Shown here: positions 1 to 8,146 of the stretch, in pieces
Layout: every line of letters begins with the position of its first letter
How positions within the stretch are numbered: position 1 is the stretch's first letter
From: an uncultured Candidatus Saccharibacteria bacterium
Lineage (GTDB): Bacteria > Patescibacteriota > Saccharimonadia > Saccharimonadales > SZUA-47
NCBI GenBank assembly: GCA_964536485.1
Contig: CAZHXX010000001.1
Location: 21,643 to 85,642 of the forward strand
Direction: 5' to 3'
DNA length: 64,000 nucleotides
Position numbers and translations under genes: made by a program
Notes under the pieces: model-generated
What the model was told of the DNA's origin: nothing
Database searches by the model: none
The model's input: only the letters and a program-made list of their open reading frames with translations

Positions 1-515
1 GCTCCTTCTGGGCTAGAGTTGGCGATGATAGGCGTTGTTACTTCGGTAAAATCAAGCGATTCCATAAAGGTACGGATGCGTGAGTACATTTCGGCACGCT
101 TTTTGAGCATCATCTGCATTTTTGGGCGTCGCAAATCAAGATAGCGGTATTTTAAGCGGTTATCTTCACTGATGTTTTGGGTAGAGTTTACCTGAATCGG
201 CAACGGCTCCGACTTGTTCAAGAGTTTAATTGACTCGACAAGAAGCTCTACCTTGCCGGTAGGTATGTTAGGATTCTGCAAGTCAGTTGCACGTTCTGCT
301 ACCTTGCCTGTGGCCTGAATAACATATTCGTCGCGAAGCTCTTCTGCGATAGCAAACGCCTCGGAGCCTGTTGCAACAGTAAGTTGTACTACCCCTTTAT
401 AATCGCGTAAATCAATAAATATAAGTCCACCATGGTCACGACGTGAATGCACCCAGCCAGCAACAGTTACTGTTTCGCCAACACACTCGGTCACGTCTAA
501 AGAAAAAGTTCTCAT
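1..515 (-). CDS. aspS: aspartyl-tRNA synthetase, N-terminal part (gene runs off the window start)
   Basis: Not in the ORF track because it is open at the edge. Minus-strand translation from the ATG at 515-513 gives MRTFSLDVTECVGETVTVAGWVHSRRDHGGLIFIDLRDYKGVVQL...RLKYRYLDLRRPKMQ, which are typical AspRS N-domain and motif strings. An AAGAGGA Shine-Dalgarno (SD) sequence lies 8 nt upstream. Confidence 0.9.
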   Translation of the reverse strand, partial: MRTFSLDVTECVGETVTVAGWVHSRRDHGGLIFIDLRDYKGVVQLTVATGSEAFAIAEELRDEYVIQATGKVAERATDLQNPNIPTGKVELLVESIKLLNKSEPLPIQVNSTQNISEDNRLKYRYLDLRRPKMQMMLKKRAEMYSRIRTFMESLDFTEVTTPIIANSSPEG

Positions 516-554
516 TTTTTGTATCCTCTTATTCGTTAGGTTGTTTTGGCTGGG

Positions 555-651
555 TTCGGTCCAAAGCACAAAGCTAGCCCGCTTCCGGCTAGCGTGCGGA
601 CCGTTGATTATTATCAGAAAAACCAAAACTTTTCATTCGCATAGTATATCA
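555..651 (-). promoter_or_regulatory. candidate aspS leader: TGaTATACT -10 box, leaderless 15-codon mini-ORF (636..589, MKSFGFSDNNQRSAR) and an intrinsic terminator hairpin (593..573)
   Basis: On the minus strand, TGATATACT (651-643) is followed by 6 nt and then ATG (636-634). The mini-ORF stop codon TAG (591-589) lies inside the 5' arm of the hairpin GCTAGCC/GGCTAGC, which is followed by TTTGTGCTTT. I see no other -10 box between the hairpin and the aspS start. Confidence 0.35.
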
Positions 652-1692
652 CTTTTTCTCTGTTTTAACAGCTTTTTGACGCTTTGCCCGTTCTTTGTCA
701 GCAATGCTTGTTGCTACCGCGCGCAAATCATCATATGCGTCAAACTCGTCAACGATCTCTTTGCCAATAATCTCTTCCAAAACATCTTCTATGCTCAGCA
801 CGCCGACAAATTCTTCAAAATTATTTACTACCACAAATAAATGGTGATGGGTTTTAAGAAAGGCACGCAGTGCTTGGTCTAGCGACTCTTCTTCATGCAT
901 ATAGCGCACATCTTTACTCATGATATCGGTTACTTTTTTTAAAGTCTTTTGTCCCACGAGGTCTCGTAGGTACAGTGTCCCAACAAATTCCATATGCGTA
1001 CTATCAACCGTAACGGGGAACCGTGAATGCCCAGAACGGTGAAGTTCGTCCATGAGCAAAGGCCCTACCTCATCTCCTTGCGCGACCAGACGAACCATTC
1101 GTCTTGGTGTCATAATATCGCGTATCTTTTTGTCACCAAACCCAAGTGTCCCTTGCAGCATCAAGAGTTCGTCATTCGATACGTCACTGTCTTTTTTATG
1201 CAACGTGTTCTGAAAGAGCGCAACGAGTTGTTCTTTGGTATAGACTGCATTGTCTTGGCTCTGCATGACTTGCTCAATTTTATGAGCAATTGGCCGTAGT
1301 ACGGGTGAGCAAAAGCCGACAATTTTGCGCAGAAGTGGTGCCGAAAGCGCAATAAAAGCTAGCGCGAAATTTCTTAAAAACAACAGTGACAAAAGCTCGC
1401 ACACAAGAAGAATAAGACTCCCAAAAAGAATAGCAAAAAGTGCATCAGTCCAGCCACTTAGGAGAATAACTAGCCATGCATTACACACAAGAACAATTGC
1501 GCTCATGACGATATACAGCTCATAGCGCAACACATGCAATGGGTACACGGCTTTTGCCCGCTTATCCCCTGCCTGCGCTTTACGCTTGAGCTGGTAATGG
1601 TTCATCCCGAGCAATCCACCCTGAATAGTAAGAGCACCGGTAGACATCAAAATAAGCGCGGTAAAGAGAAGATACGAAAATAATGTATTCAC
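649..1692 (-). CDS. CNNM/DUF21 transmembrane domain plus CBS-pair protein (HlyC/CorC-type transporter, no C-terminal CorC_HlyC domain)
   Basis: 347-aa ORF with N-terminal TM helices followed by tandem CBS-like segments (IRDIMTPRRMV...VTDIMSKDVRYM...LSIEDVLEEIIGKEIVDEFD). The GTG start is uncertain. Confidence 0.8.
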   Translation of the reverse strand: MNTLFSYLLFTALILMSTGALTIQGGLLGMNHYQLKRKAQAGDKRAKAVYPLHVLRYELYIVMSAIVLVCNAWLVILLSGWTDALFAILFGSLILLVCELLSLLFLRNFALAFIALSAPLLRKIVGFCSPVLRPIAHKIEQVMQSQDNAVYTKEQLVALFQNTLHKKDSDVSNDELLMLQGTLGFGDKKIRDIMTPRRMVRLVAQGDEVGPLLMDELHRSGHSRFPVTVDSTHMEFVGTLYLRDLVGQKTLKKVTDIMSKDVRYMHEEESLDQALRAFLKTHHHLFVVVNNFEEFVGVLSIEDVLEEIIGKEIVDEFDAYDDLRAVATSIADKERAKRQKAVKTEKK

Positions 1693-1768
1693 TCCTTTAT
1701 TGTGACGCGTTTGTTAGGTAAGTACAAGCCTGTTAAGGTAAAATGTTATAGACAAAAAGGAGTGTTTC

Positions 1769-2485
1769 ATGAAACAAGTAATTATTGCCGTTCTAGCCGT
1801 TGTGGCAATTATTGGAGGCGCTGTTGTCCTTGGTAAGGATGAACAAGCAACCGGTCAAGGATCTAACTATGTATATGGGAAAGCAGACTCAACAGTCACG
1901 CTCGTCGAATATGGGGATTTTGAATGCCCTGCGTGTAAGTTCTTCTACCCTGTAGTTGCACAGGTAAAAGAGAAGTACAAAGATAAAATTGCCTTCCAGT
2001 ACAAGCACTTCCCACTCGTACAAGTACACCGTAACGCACTTGCTGCGCACCGAGCAGCCGAAGCGGCCGGAAAACAGGGCAAATTCTTCGAAATGTATGA
2101 CCTTTTGTATACCAACCAAGAAGATTGGAACGGACCATCACAAAGCGATCCAGTTGGCATCCAGACAGATAGTGCCATCCGTATTTTTGAAACCTATGCC
2201 GAGAAGCTGGGGCTAGACATGGCAAAATACAACACCGACTTAAAAGATGCCTCAACTTCAGCAACCATAAACGCAGACACCGCAGAAGGCAAAGATAAGT
2301 ACGCTATAACCGGTACTCCAACCTTCGTCTTAAACGGCAAAAAAATCGAAGACACCTCAACAATGGACACCGTCGAGGAGCTCTCCGCTCTCATCGATAA
2401 AGCACTGGGAGAAACAACTCAAACTACTCCTACGGCAACAGAAGCACAACCTGGTAGCTCAACTGAACAGACCACCGCACAATAA
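1769..2485 (+). CDS. DsbA-family thiol:disulfide oxidoreductase, membrane-anchored/secreted
   Basis: N-terminal TM segment and a thioredoxin CxxC site (GDFECPACKFFYP). AAAGGAG SD upstream. Low-complexity T/Q-rich C-terminal tail. Confidence 0.8.
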   Translation: MKQVIIAVLAVVAIIGGAVVLGKDEQATGQGSNYVYGKADSTVTLVEYGDFECPACKFFYPVVAQVKEKYKDKIAFQYKHFPLVQVHRNALAAHRAAEAAGKQGKFFEMYDLLYTNQEDWNGPSQSDPVGIQTDSAIRIFETYAEKLGLDMAKYNTDLKDASTSATINADTAEGKDKYAITGTPTFVLNGKKIEDTSTMDTVEELSALIDKALGETTQTTPTATEAQPGSSTEQTTAQ

Positions 2486-2505
2486 GAAGCGCATAAACAT
2501 CTACA

Positions 2506-2543
2506 AGCCGGCTACCTTAAGAAAGTAGTCGGCTTTTTCTTTA
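2506..2543 (+). terminator. intrinsic terminator after the DsbA-like gene
   Basis: 10-bp stem AGCCGGCTAC/GTAGTCGGCT (one G-U pair), 9-nt loop, followed by TTTTTCTTT. Confidence 0.6.
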
Positions 2544-2866
2544 TCGCACCAAAATAACATCTCTACACTAGTAAAGAATAAATGATTGCCACTGAGGCCT
2601 TAACACCGTCACTTCTATTCGTTCTTGAACAGAGGGCGCAATTGTCACGTTGACTGACATACAATATATCAGTCCTTTCTCTCGCATTTACTTTTTTTGA
2701 ATGTCTCGTTTTTATCTTTCCGTAAAGCTCATCTTCTCGCAAAGATGCTCTCAACTTACAGAAGTAATTTTATAATAGCATACCTGTTACACATTCCGTC
2801 AAGAGGCTTGTGTTTATTCTGCTTCTTCGCTACACTTAAAAATAATTACACAAAAAAACAAAAACT

Positions 2867-4558
2867 ATGCATCACGACTTATTTGCCGAACTCAGTACCG
2901 TCCTTGCCTTGACCGCAGGTGTAGCTCTGCTTGCCCGCCTTTTAAAACAACCGCTAATCATCGCGTACATTGTTACCGGCATCTTGGTTGGGCCTTCTGC
3001 TTTTAACCTCCTTGGCGACCCCGAAGCGATAGAGTCGTTTGGCAAATTTGGTATCGCCCTCCTTCTCTTTATTGTTGGGCTGGGATTAAATTATAAGGCG
3101 GTGAAAGAAGTTGGGAAAACTGCCGTATTTACCGGGGTAGGTCAAGTTGTATGCACGACCGCTATAGGATTTTTTGTTTCAAAAGTTCTTAATTACTCCG
3201 TAACAGAGAGTATCTATATTGCGGTAGCACTAGCCTTTAGTAGCACCATTATTGTGCTCAAACTTCTCAATGATAAAAAAGAGCAAAATAAACTTTATGG
3301 GAAAATATCTATTGGGTTTCTTCTTGTACAAGACGTTATCGCAACCCTTGCACTCGTTGTCGCATCTGCATCTAGTAGCGGAAGCTTACAGCTAAGTGAC
3401 TTTGCGATACTTTTCGCAAAAGGTGTTTTGCTTGCCTGTGCGTTGTATGGAGCAAACAAACTATTGCTTACTCCTATAGCAAAGTTCCTCTCGCGTTCCC
3501 AAGAACTACTCTTTTTATTCACACTTTCTTGGGGATTTGGGATTGGCGCAATATTCAAAGAAGTAGGCTTCTCTCTCGAGATAGGTGCTCTTGCGGCTGG
3601 CGTGAGTATGGCCGGCATGCATTACGCCCAAGATGTGGCCTCAAAACTTCGACCTTTGCGTGATTTTTTCATTGTTATTTTCTTTATCGTTCTTGGGGCT
3701 ACGCTTAACATCTCTTCAGTGGGGAGCGTGCTGTTGCAGGCAGTACTCTACTCTTCTATCGTGTTAGTAGGTAACCCTATTGTGGTCATGACCATCATGG
3801 GGCTCTTAGGCTATACAAAGAAAACTAGTTTTAAGGCAGGCTTAGCTGTTGCCCAGATAAGCGAATTCTCAATTATCTTTATCTTGCTTGGTGCGAGTAA
3901 CGGCCAAATCAAGGATGAGGTCGTGTCGCTTATCACGGTTGTTGCCCTTATTACTATTGCGCTTTCTTCCTATATGATTATCTACGCCGAGTCACTCTAC
4001 ACTCGACTCGAGCACTACCTCAGCCTGTTTGAAAGGCGAAAAATACGCCCCGAAAAAGCACCAAAGCGCGCTTACGAAGCGGTAGTCTTTGGCTACAAAA
4101 AAGGTGGCAGTGAATTCGTAAAAACCTTCCACTCTATGGGGAGTCGGTTTATTGTTATCGACTACGACCCAGACGTTATCGATACCCTTAACCGAGACAA
4201 CATCGAGTATCTGTATGGCGACACCAACGACTCAGAACTCTTAGAGGAACTAGATATCTCAAAGTTAAAGATGGCCGTCATATCGATTACCGATTTTTCT
4301 ACCAACACCTATATTCTTCAATTAATGAATCGGCTCAACCCCTCATGCGTAGTGATTTGCCACTCAGAAAATATTGCCGAGGCAGCGGAGCTCTACACAC
4401 TTGGCGCAAGCTACGTCATGCTTCCTCACTACATTGGAAGCGAAAAAATCAGCGCTTTCATAAAGAAAAATGGTTACAAAAAAACCGAATACAAGAAATT
4501 CCACGACAAGCACATCGCCTATATTCGCAGTCACTTTAACGCAGAGTCAGCAGAATAA
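2867..4558 (+). CDS. CPA2 cation:proton antiporter with C-terminal RCK/TrkA-N domain (Kef-type)
   Basis: 563 aa. About 12 TM helices typical of the Na+/H+ exchanger family, then a Rossmann-like segment (AVVFGYKKGGSEFVKTF...IVIDYDPDV). Confidence 0.85.
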   Translation: MHHDLFAELSTVLALTAGVALLARLLKQPLIIAYIVTGILVGPSAFNLLGDPEAIESFGKFGIALLLFIVGLGLNYKAVKEVGKTAVFTGVGQVVCTTAIGFFVSKVLNYSVTESIYIAVALAFSSTIIVLKLLNDKKEQNKLYGKISIGFLLVQDVIATLALVVASASSSGSLQLSDFAILFAKGVLLACALYGANKLLLTPIAKFLSRSQELLFLFTLSWGFGIGAIFKEVGFSLEIGALAAGVSMAGMHYAQDVASKLRPLRDFFIVIFFIVLGATLNISSVGSVLLQAVLYSSIVLVGNPIVVMTIMGLLGYTKKTSFKAGLAVAQISEFSIIFILLGASNGQIKDEVVSLITVVALITIALSSYMIIYAESLYTRLEHYLSLFERRKIRPEKAPKRAYEAVVFGYKKGGSEFVKTFHSMGSRFIVIDYDPDVIDTLNRDNIEYLYGDTNDSELLEELDISKLKMAVISITDFSTNTYILQLMNRLNPSCVVICHSENIAEAAELYTLGASYVMLPHYIGSEKISAFIKKNGYKKTEYKKFHDKHIAYIRSHFNAESAE

Positions 4559-5151
4559 AGACCGTTTTCTTTTATGTACTCATACACCGCTTTGGGTACA
4601 TCTTCAGCATAGTGATGTATGTCTTTGCGAATACGCGTAGAATTTAACTCATAATCTTGTCTTAAAGGACGATGAGTATGTACAACATCAACTCCGTGCA
4701 ATTCTTCTAAGTAAACCGAAAAATCATGATCACGCCCCATCACGACAATCTTCTTAACCCCAATATCATGAAGCTTATCGATGTCTTTCCATGACGCGAT
4801 ACCTCCTTCAACATCCTGGCCAATGAGCCAAACGAAGCTGTTATTTGGGAACTTTTCAGTAAGCCACGTAAAGGTCTCAACCACCCAGTGATTGTTCGCA
4901 GGATAATCGACTACTTCTAGAGAAGGCTCATCTTTAACAGCTATTCTTAACATGTTAAGTCTGTGTTGGTAAGGTGTCGCTCCGTGCTTATGTTGCGGTA
5001 CTCTCTCCGGTAAGAAAACTACTCTAGACCCGTAATACAGTGCTTTTCTAGCCGCAGAAAGATGGCCGTTATGTACTGGGTCAAACACCCCGGCAAAAAC
5101 GACTATTGAGCCTTGCCTGCCACCCCAACTCTTCAAAAAGTCGTTAGCCAT
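4531..5151 (-). CDS. nadD: nicotinate-nucleotide adenylyltransferase
   Basis: HxGH motif (GVFDPVHNGHL) and a C-terminal STRIR motif (LNSTRIRKDI). I place the start at ATG 5151, which overlaps the TAA of the upstream Zn-ribbon ORF (TAATG). The ORF-track start at 5175 is an alternative. Confidence 0.75.
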   Translation of the reverse strand: MANDFLKSWGGRQGSIVVFAGVFDPVHNGHLSAARKALYYGSRVVFLPERVPQHKHGATPYQHRLNMLRIAVKDEPSLEVVDYPANNHWVVETFTWLTEKFPNNSFVWLIGQDVEGGIASWKDIDKLHDIGVKKIVVMGRDHDFSVYLEELHGVDVVHTHRPLRQDYELNSTRIRKDIHHYAEDVPKAVYEYIKENGLYSADSALK

Positions 5152-5339
5152 TACAGTGCCATACCTTCGCAACATTTCGTCTTATAATGACATTGCGGGC
5201 ATTCATAGTGTCCATGTACAGGAAGCAAAGGATAAAACCCGCACAACTCACAAAAATACTCTATAGAGCACTGAGATAAATCAGAGCTATTCCTGTTTTC
5301 AGGCTGCTTTTGCAGTGAATTGTTTTCGTTTGTTACCAT
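5151..5339 (-). CDS. small Cys4 zinc-ribbon protein
   Basis: 62 aa with CELCG...(18 aa)...CPQCH. It overlaps the 3' end of the 520-aa gene by 41 nt and is stop/start-coupled to nadD. Confidence 0.45.
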   Translation of the reverse strand: MVTNENNSLQKQPENRNSSDLSQCSIEYFCELCGFYPLLPVHGHYECPQCHYKTKCCEGMAL

Positions 5340-6861
5340 GATTGTTCTCTACAAGTGTAGCAAGTTTCTTTTTCCATAGTGGTGCTGGTTTTGGTTTTTC
5401 TTCTTTTGGTGCGCACACCATGCCCTTACAACTAGAAACTTGGCACTTCTCTAATAATTCCCCTCTTTTTCTCTCGTTTCTGTGCCCTTCCGTGCAGTGA
5501 AAAACTAGGGCCCCAAAGCTGTCTTCTGCCGTATCTTCAGCATCAACATTTTCTCTAAGCTTCCCGCCAAAGATATCTTGCAATCCAAAAAGTTCATCGG
5601 TACTTTTTACTTCGCCGTTCACATCACGCGAGTGCAATGAGCTCCCGCTACACCCACCATATGATCGCTTTGCTTCTGTTCCCGCTCGTACATTTTGTAC
5701 CATCTGTCTTATTAGATCCTTTTGTTGCTGCAAAACAGCTCCATAGACAAATGTAGCCATTTGCTCTCGTCTCAAAGAAATTGGTGTAGTAAGCAATTCT
5801 GTAGAATTCGTTTCTTTATACATGTATGTTGGGAGTTCTTTTCTTAGCTCTTCAACGAGGGCGTAGGTAATCATTTCATCCATAAGACGAGCATCAGCAT
5901 CCTCAAAACTCGTTCTTTTACTAATTTGCATTAGTTGCACTCGTTTAGCCCAGTCAATAGAATCAACATGGGCAAGTGCGCGCGCTAATTCTTGCAATCT
6001 CTTGTCATTTGTTTTGGTATGAGTTGCTTCTGCAAGCTTCGGAACATATGTAGCAAAATACTTTTGCACCGTTGCATCTTGTCGTGCCAGGAAGTCAGTG
6101 ACTGAATACTCCTTACGTGCATCACCGATAAACTCTCGATGATACTTTTTAAGTTGATGCCCAAGTTGCTTAGCATCATTAATTGAACCAGCCTTTCGCA
6201 TGTGTAGAGTAAGCCACTGCTCATCTTTTACATCTTTTGGGACCAGATATCCAAGTTTCGCAAAAGCTTTTCGCATCGCTTGTGTGTCACTACGTTTTAT
6301 ACAAATCACTCCAGCTTTTAGTTCAGTTTCACTTACGCGGTAGTACCACTGCCAAATAGCCATACCTTCACGGTAATTCATGTGGTTTTCCCAAAAATCC
6401 TTGTCATCTTTAATTGCGTCTTTTGGATCCATACTGAGAGCCCCAATCATCTCACCGACTTCCAATTGGTCTACTGCTAATGCTAATAGTGTATCGTTCT
6501 TATCTCTCTCAGCTTGTATCGCCATTCTAGGGTCTGATTCTATTGCCTTGATAGAGCGCGTCTCGCCGTTTCTCACCATGTCTATCACTTGTTCCCCATG
6601 CTCTGTCACTGCATGCCCGTCAACTATCTCTAGAGTTCTCGAATTATCAAAGATGAGCTGTTCGCCATATTCCGGGTCAGTTGCAAGATGTTCCTCAAGT
6701 CGGGTGTAAAAATCATTCCATACACGTGTTAAATACCCGTTAGGTTCTTGTAAAAGCTCTGGCAGAGACCGCTCGACCGCAACACTCCCAAGCATACGGA
6801 CAGCAGAGAGCGAATGCCCATACTGCTCTCTTTCAAGTAACTGCTCAGCGCTGACTTGCAT
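5299..6861 (-). CDS. uncharacterised 520-aa protein with a C-terminal Cys/His cluster
   Basis: Long ORF with coding character. C-terminal FHCTEGH...(14 aa)...CQVSSCKGMVC. I recognise no family. Confidence 0.7.
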   Translation of the reverse strand: MQVSAEQLLEREQYGHSLSAVRMLGSVAVERSLPELLQEPNGYLTRVWNDFYTRLEEHLATDPEYGEQLIFDNSRTLEIVDGHAVTEHGEQVIDMVRNGETRSIKAIESDPRMAIQAERDKNDTLLALAVDQLEVGEMIGALSMDPKDAIKDDKDFWENHMNYREGMAIWQWYYRVSETELKAGVICIKRSDTQAMRKAFAKLGYLVPKDVKDEQWLTLHMRKAGSINDAKQLGHQLKKYHREFIGDARKEYSVTDFLARQDATVQKYFATYVPKLAEATHTKTNDKRLQELARALAHVDSIDWAKRVQLMQISKRTSFEDADARLMDEMITYALVEELRKELPTYMYKETNSTELLTTPISLRREQMATFVYGAVLQQQKDLIRQMVQNVRAGTEAKRSYGGCSGSSLHSRDVNGEVKSTDELFGLQDIFGGKLRENVDAEDTAEDSFGALVFHCTEGHRNERKRGELLEKCQVSSCKGMVCAPKEEKPKPAPLWKKKLATLVENNHGNKRKQFTAKAA

Positions 6862-6902
6862 AAATCAAAAAACCCTCTTTTTTACCTGAGCAAAAAAGAG
6901 GG
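6862..6902 (-). terminator. terminator-type hairpin 4 nt upstream of the 520-aa gene start (attenuator / SD-sequestering stem)
   Basis: On the minus strand, CCCTCTTTTTT-gctcaggt-AAAAAAGAGGG forms an 11-bp stem followed by TTTTTTGATTT and then ATG. The GAGGG in the 3' arm is the only SD-like element. Confidence 0.6.
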
Positions 6903-7065
6903 CGTGAATACAATTAATTCATGCTTGTTCTTCCTGCTCGGGAATTTATTCTGTATCGGGCTTATCAGCTTTATGGCCAAATTACCGTTGCGGCACAGCG
7001 TAGGATTCTCACCTACTTCCAGTTGTGTTACTTTTAATGGCGGTTAAACCACTAGTAGTGTAGCA
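6862..7065 (-). promoter_or_regulatory. about 190-nt 5' leader (candidate riboswitch/attenuator) with a TGcTACACT promoter at 7065-7057
   Basis: An extended -10 box on the minus strand is followed by a leader containing the hairpin GTAGG-TGAGAAT-CCTAC and ending in the terminator above. There is no upstream co-directional gene that this terminator could serve. Confidence 0.4.
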
Positions 7066-7104
7066 CTAAGTTTCTACGCTAGATATAGTATTTTTGTACA
7101 CATT

Positions 7105-7119
7105 TGGTAGAATGTCCCT
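7105..7119 (+). promoter_or_regulatory. extended -10 (TGgTAGAAT) placed 6 nt before ATG 7120 (leaderless-type promoter)
   Basis: Sequence tggtagaat-gtccct-ATG. Confidence 0.5.
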
Positions 7120-8133
7120 ATGGCTGAAGCAACAGGCTATACCCCTGTAATTTCAAGTGAGGTAACTCCTTTACGAGAAGCGTACGAAGATGCGGAGGCT
7201 GTTAGTTTGACCAAAAATCTCGATGGGCATAACGATGAAAATGACGGATTCACATTAGTAGAACCAGGCAGTTACGATTTTCAACGCCTTGATTGTATTG
7301 CGGTACACGGCAAAAACGCAACTGCTGAAGAAATCAGAAGCCTCGCAAGCGTTGTGTACCCTGCTACGGAACAAGTTATTGAGAGATTTGCCGCTCGTAA
7401 AGATTTACTAAACCATGCCGCGTCTTTACTCCTTAATGGTAAAGAACTTGCAATGATGACTGATCACTACAAAAGTGTTATCGGCATAGCAGTTGCAGGT
7501 GGTGCGTTCCTTTGTGCACTCTATGAGAACACTCCTGTCAGGCCAGAGGATATCGAAGCAAACCTATTTGCAAGTTATTTTGTGAAATATACAAAGTTGC
7601 AAGGTGCTTTCCCTACTTCTGAAGTTCTTGCTGGGATATTTTCGCAAACGACCTACACTCTACCACCTAGCCCTTCAGTAAGAGACGTAGTACCAAAAAC
7701 TGTTAGAGATGACGTAAACAAGGCAAGCATGGCTCAATTTTTGAGCCATGGTGAAAACCTGTCAGAGCCTCCTAAAGGACGATTCACAATGTTCGCTGGT
7801 AGTGGTAGCCGTGATGTCACGATATCTTCTATGAATCATACAGAGGATACAAAAAGATTTATACCTAAAGTTACACACATGGGACCGCTAGCCTTTGGCA
7901 CTGCAGACATTACAATGCGTATTCCTACTATGGCGGTGGGGATCGACATCAGCTCGGGCAAACCAAGATGCTTTATCGGTGAAATACCTCCAACCCCTTT
8001 TGATAAAACCTTTGAAGCTGACGCCGCGATGACTACCATCGCACAACAGATGTCACGTACGGGGCATCCAAGGATATATCACCCGTCTCGGCATACTTTT
8101 TATCAGGCTATCGGCAAAAACCTTGGACAGTAA
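7120..8133 (+). CDS. hypothetical protein (337 aa)
   Basis: Long ORF with a leaderless-type promoter. Only a faint and unconvincing resemblance to acyltransferase motifs (TDHYKS, FAGSGSRD). Confidence 0.65.
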   Translation: MAEATGYTPVISSEVTPLREAYEDAEAVSLTKNLDGHNDENDGFTLVEPGSYDFQRLDCIAVHGKNATAEEIRSLASVVYPATEQVIERFAARKDLLNHAASLLLNGKELAMMTDHYKSVIGIAVAGGAFLCALYENTPVRPEDIEANLFASYFVKYTKLQGAFPTSEVLAGIFSQTTYTLPPSPSVRDVVPKTVRDDVNKASMAQFLSHGENLSEPPKGRFTMFAGSGSRDVTISSMNHTEDTKRFIPKVTHMGPLAFGTADITMRIPTMAVGIDISSGKPRCFIGEIPPTPFDKTFEADAAMTTIAQQMSRTGHPRIYHPSRHTFYQAIGKNLGQ

Positions 8134-8146
8134 GAGTGTTTTAGCC

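Noticed and set aside
2546-2866. The 320-nt non-coding region upstream of the CPA2/Kef-type antiporter, considered as a c-di-AMP (ydaO-type) or other riboswitch.
   Set aside because: I recognised no conserved riboswitch core elements. Only short hairpins are present (TGTCA-cgttgac-TGACA and CATCTT-ctcgca-AAGATG), which is not enough to support a call. Running cmscan on it would still be worthwhile.
4531-4558. The 28-nt convergent overlap of the antiporter and nadD 3' ends, and the shared CTAG stop overlap at 11659-11662, considered as regulatory antisense features.
   Set aside because: Short convergent overlaps are expected in a compact genome, and I see no additional structure or motif at these sites.
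6905-7060. Identity of the 6862-7065 leader as SRP RNA, 6S RNA, tmRNA, RNase P RNA or a T-box.
   Set aside because: The hallmark strings are absent. These include the SRP GGAA-tetraloop helix-8 motif, the RNase P GAGGAAAGUCC motif, the tmRNA tag and tRNA-like end, and the T-box AGGGUGGUACCGCG. The class remains unassigned.
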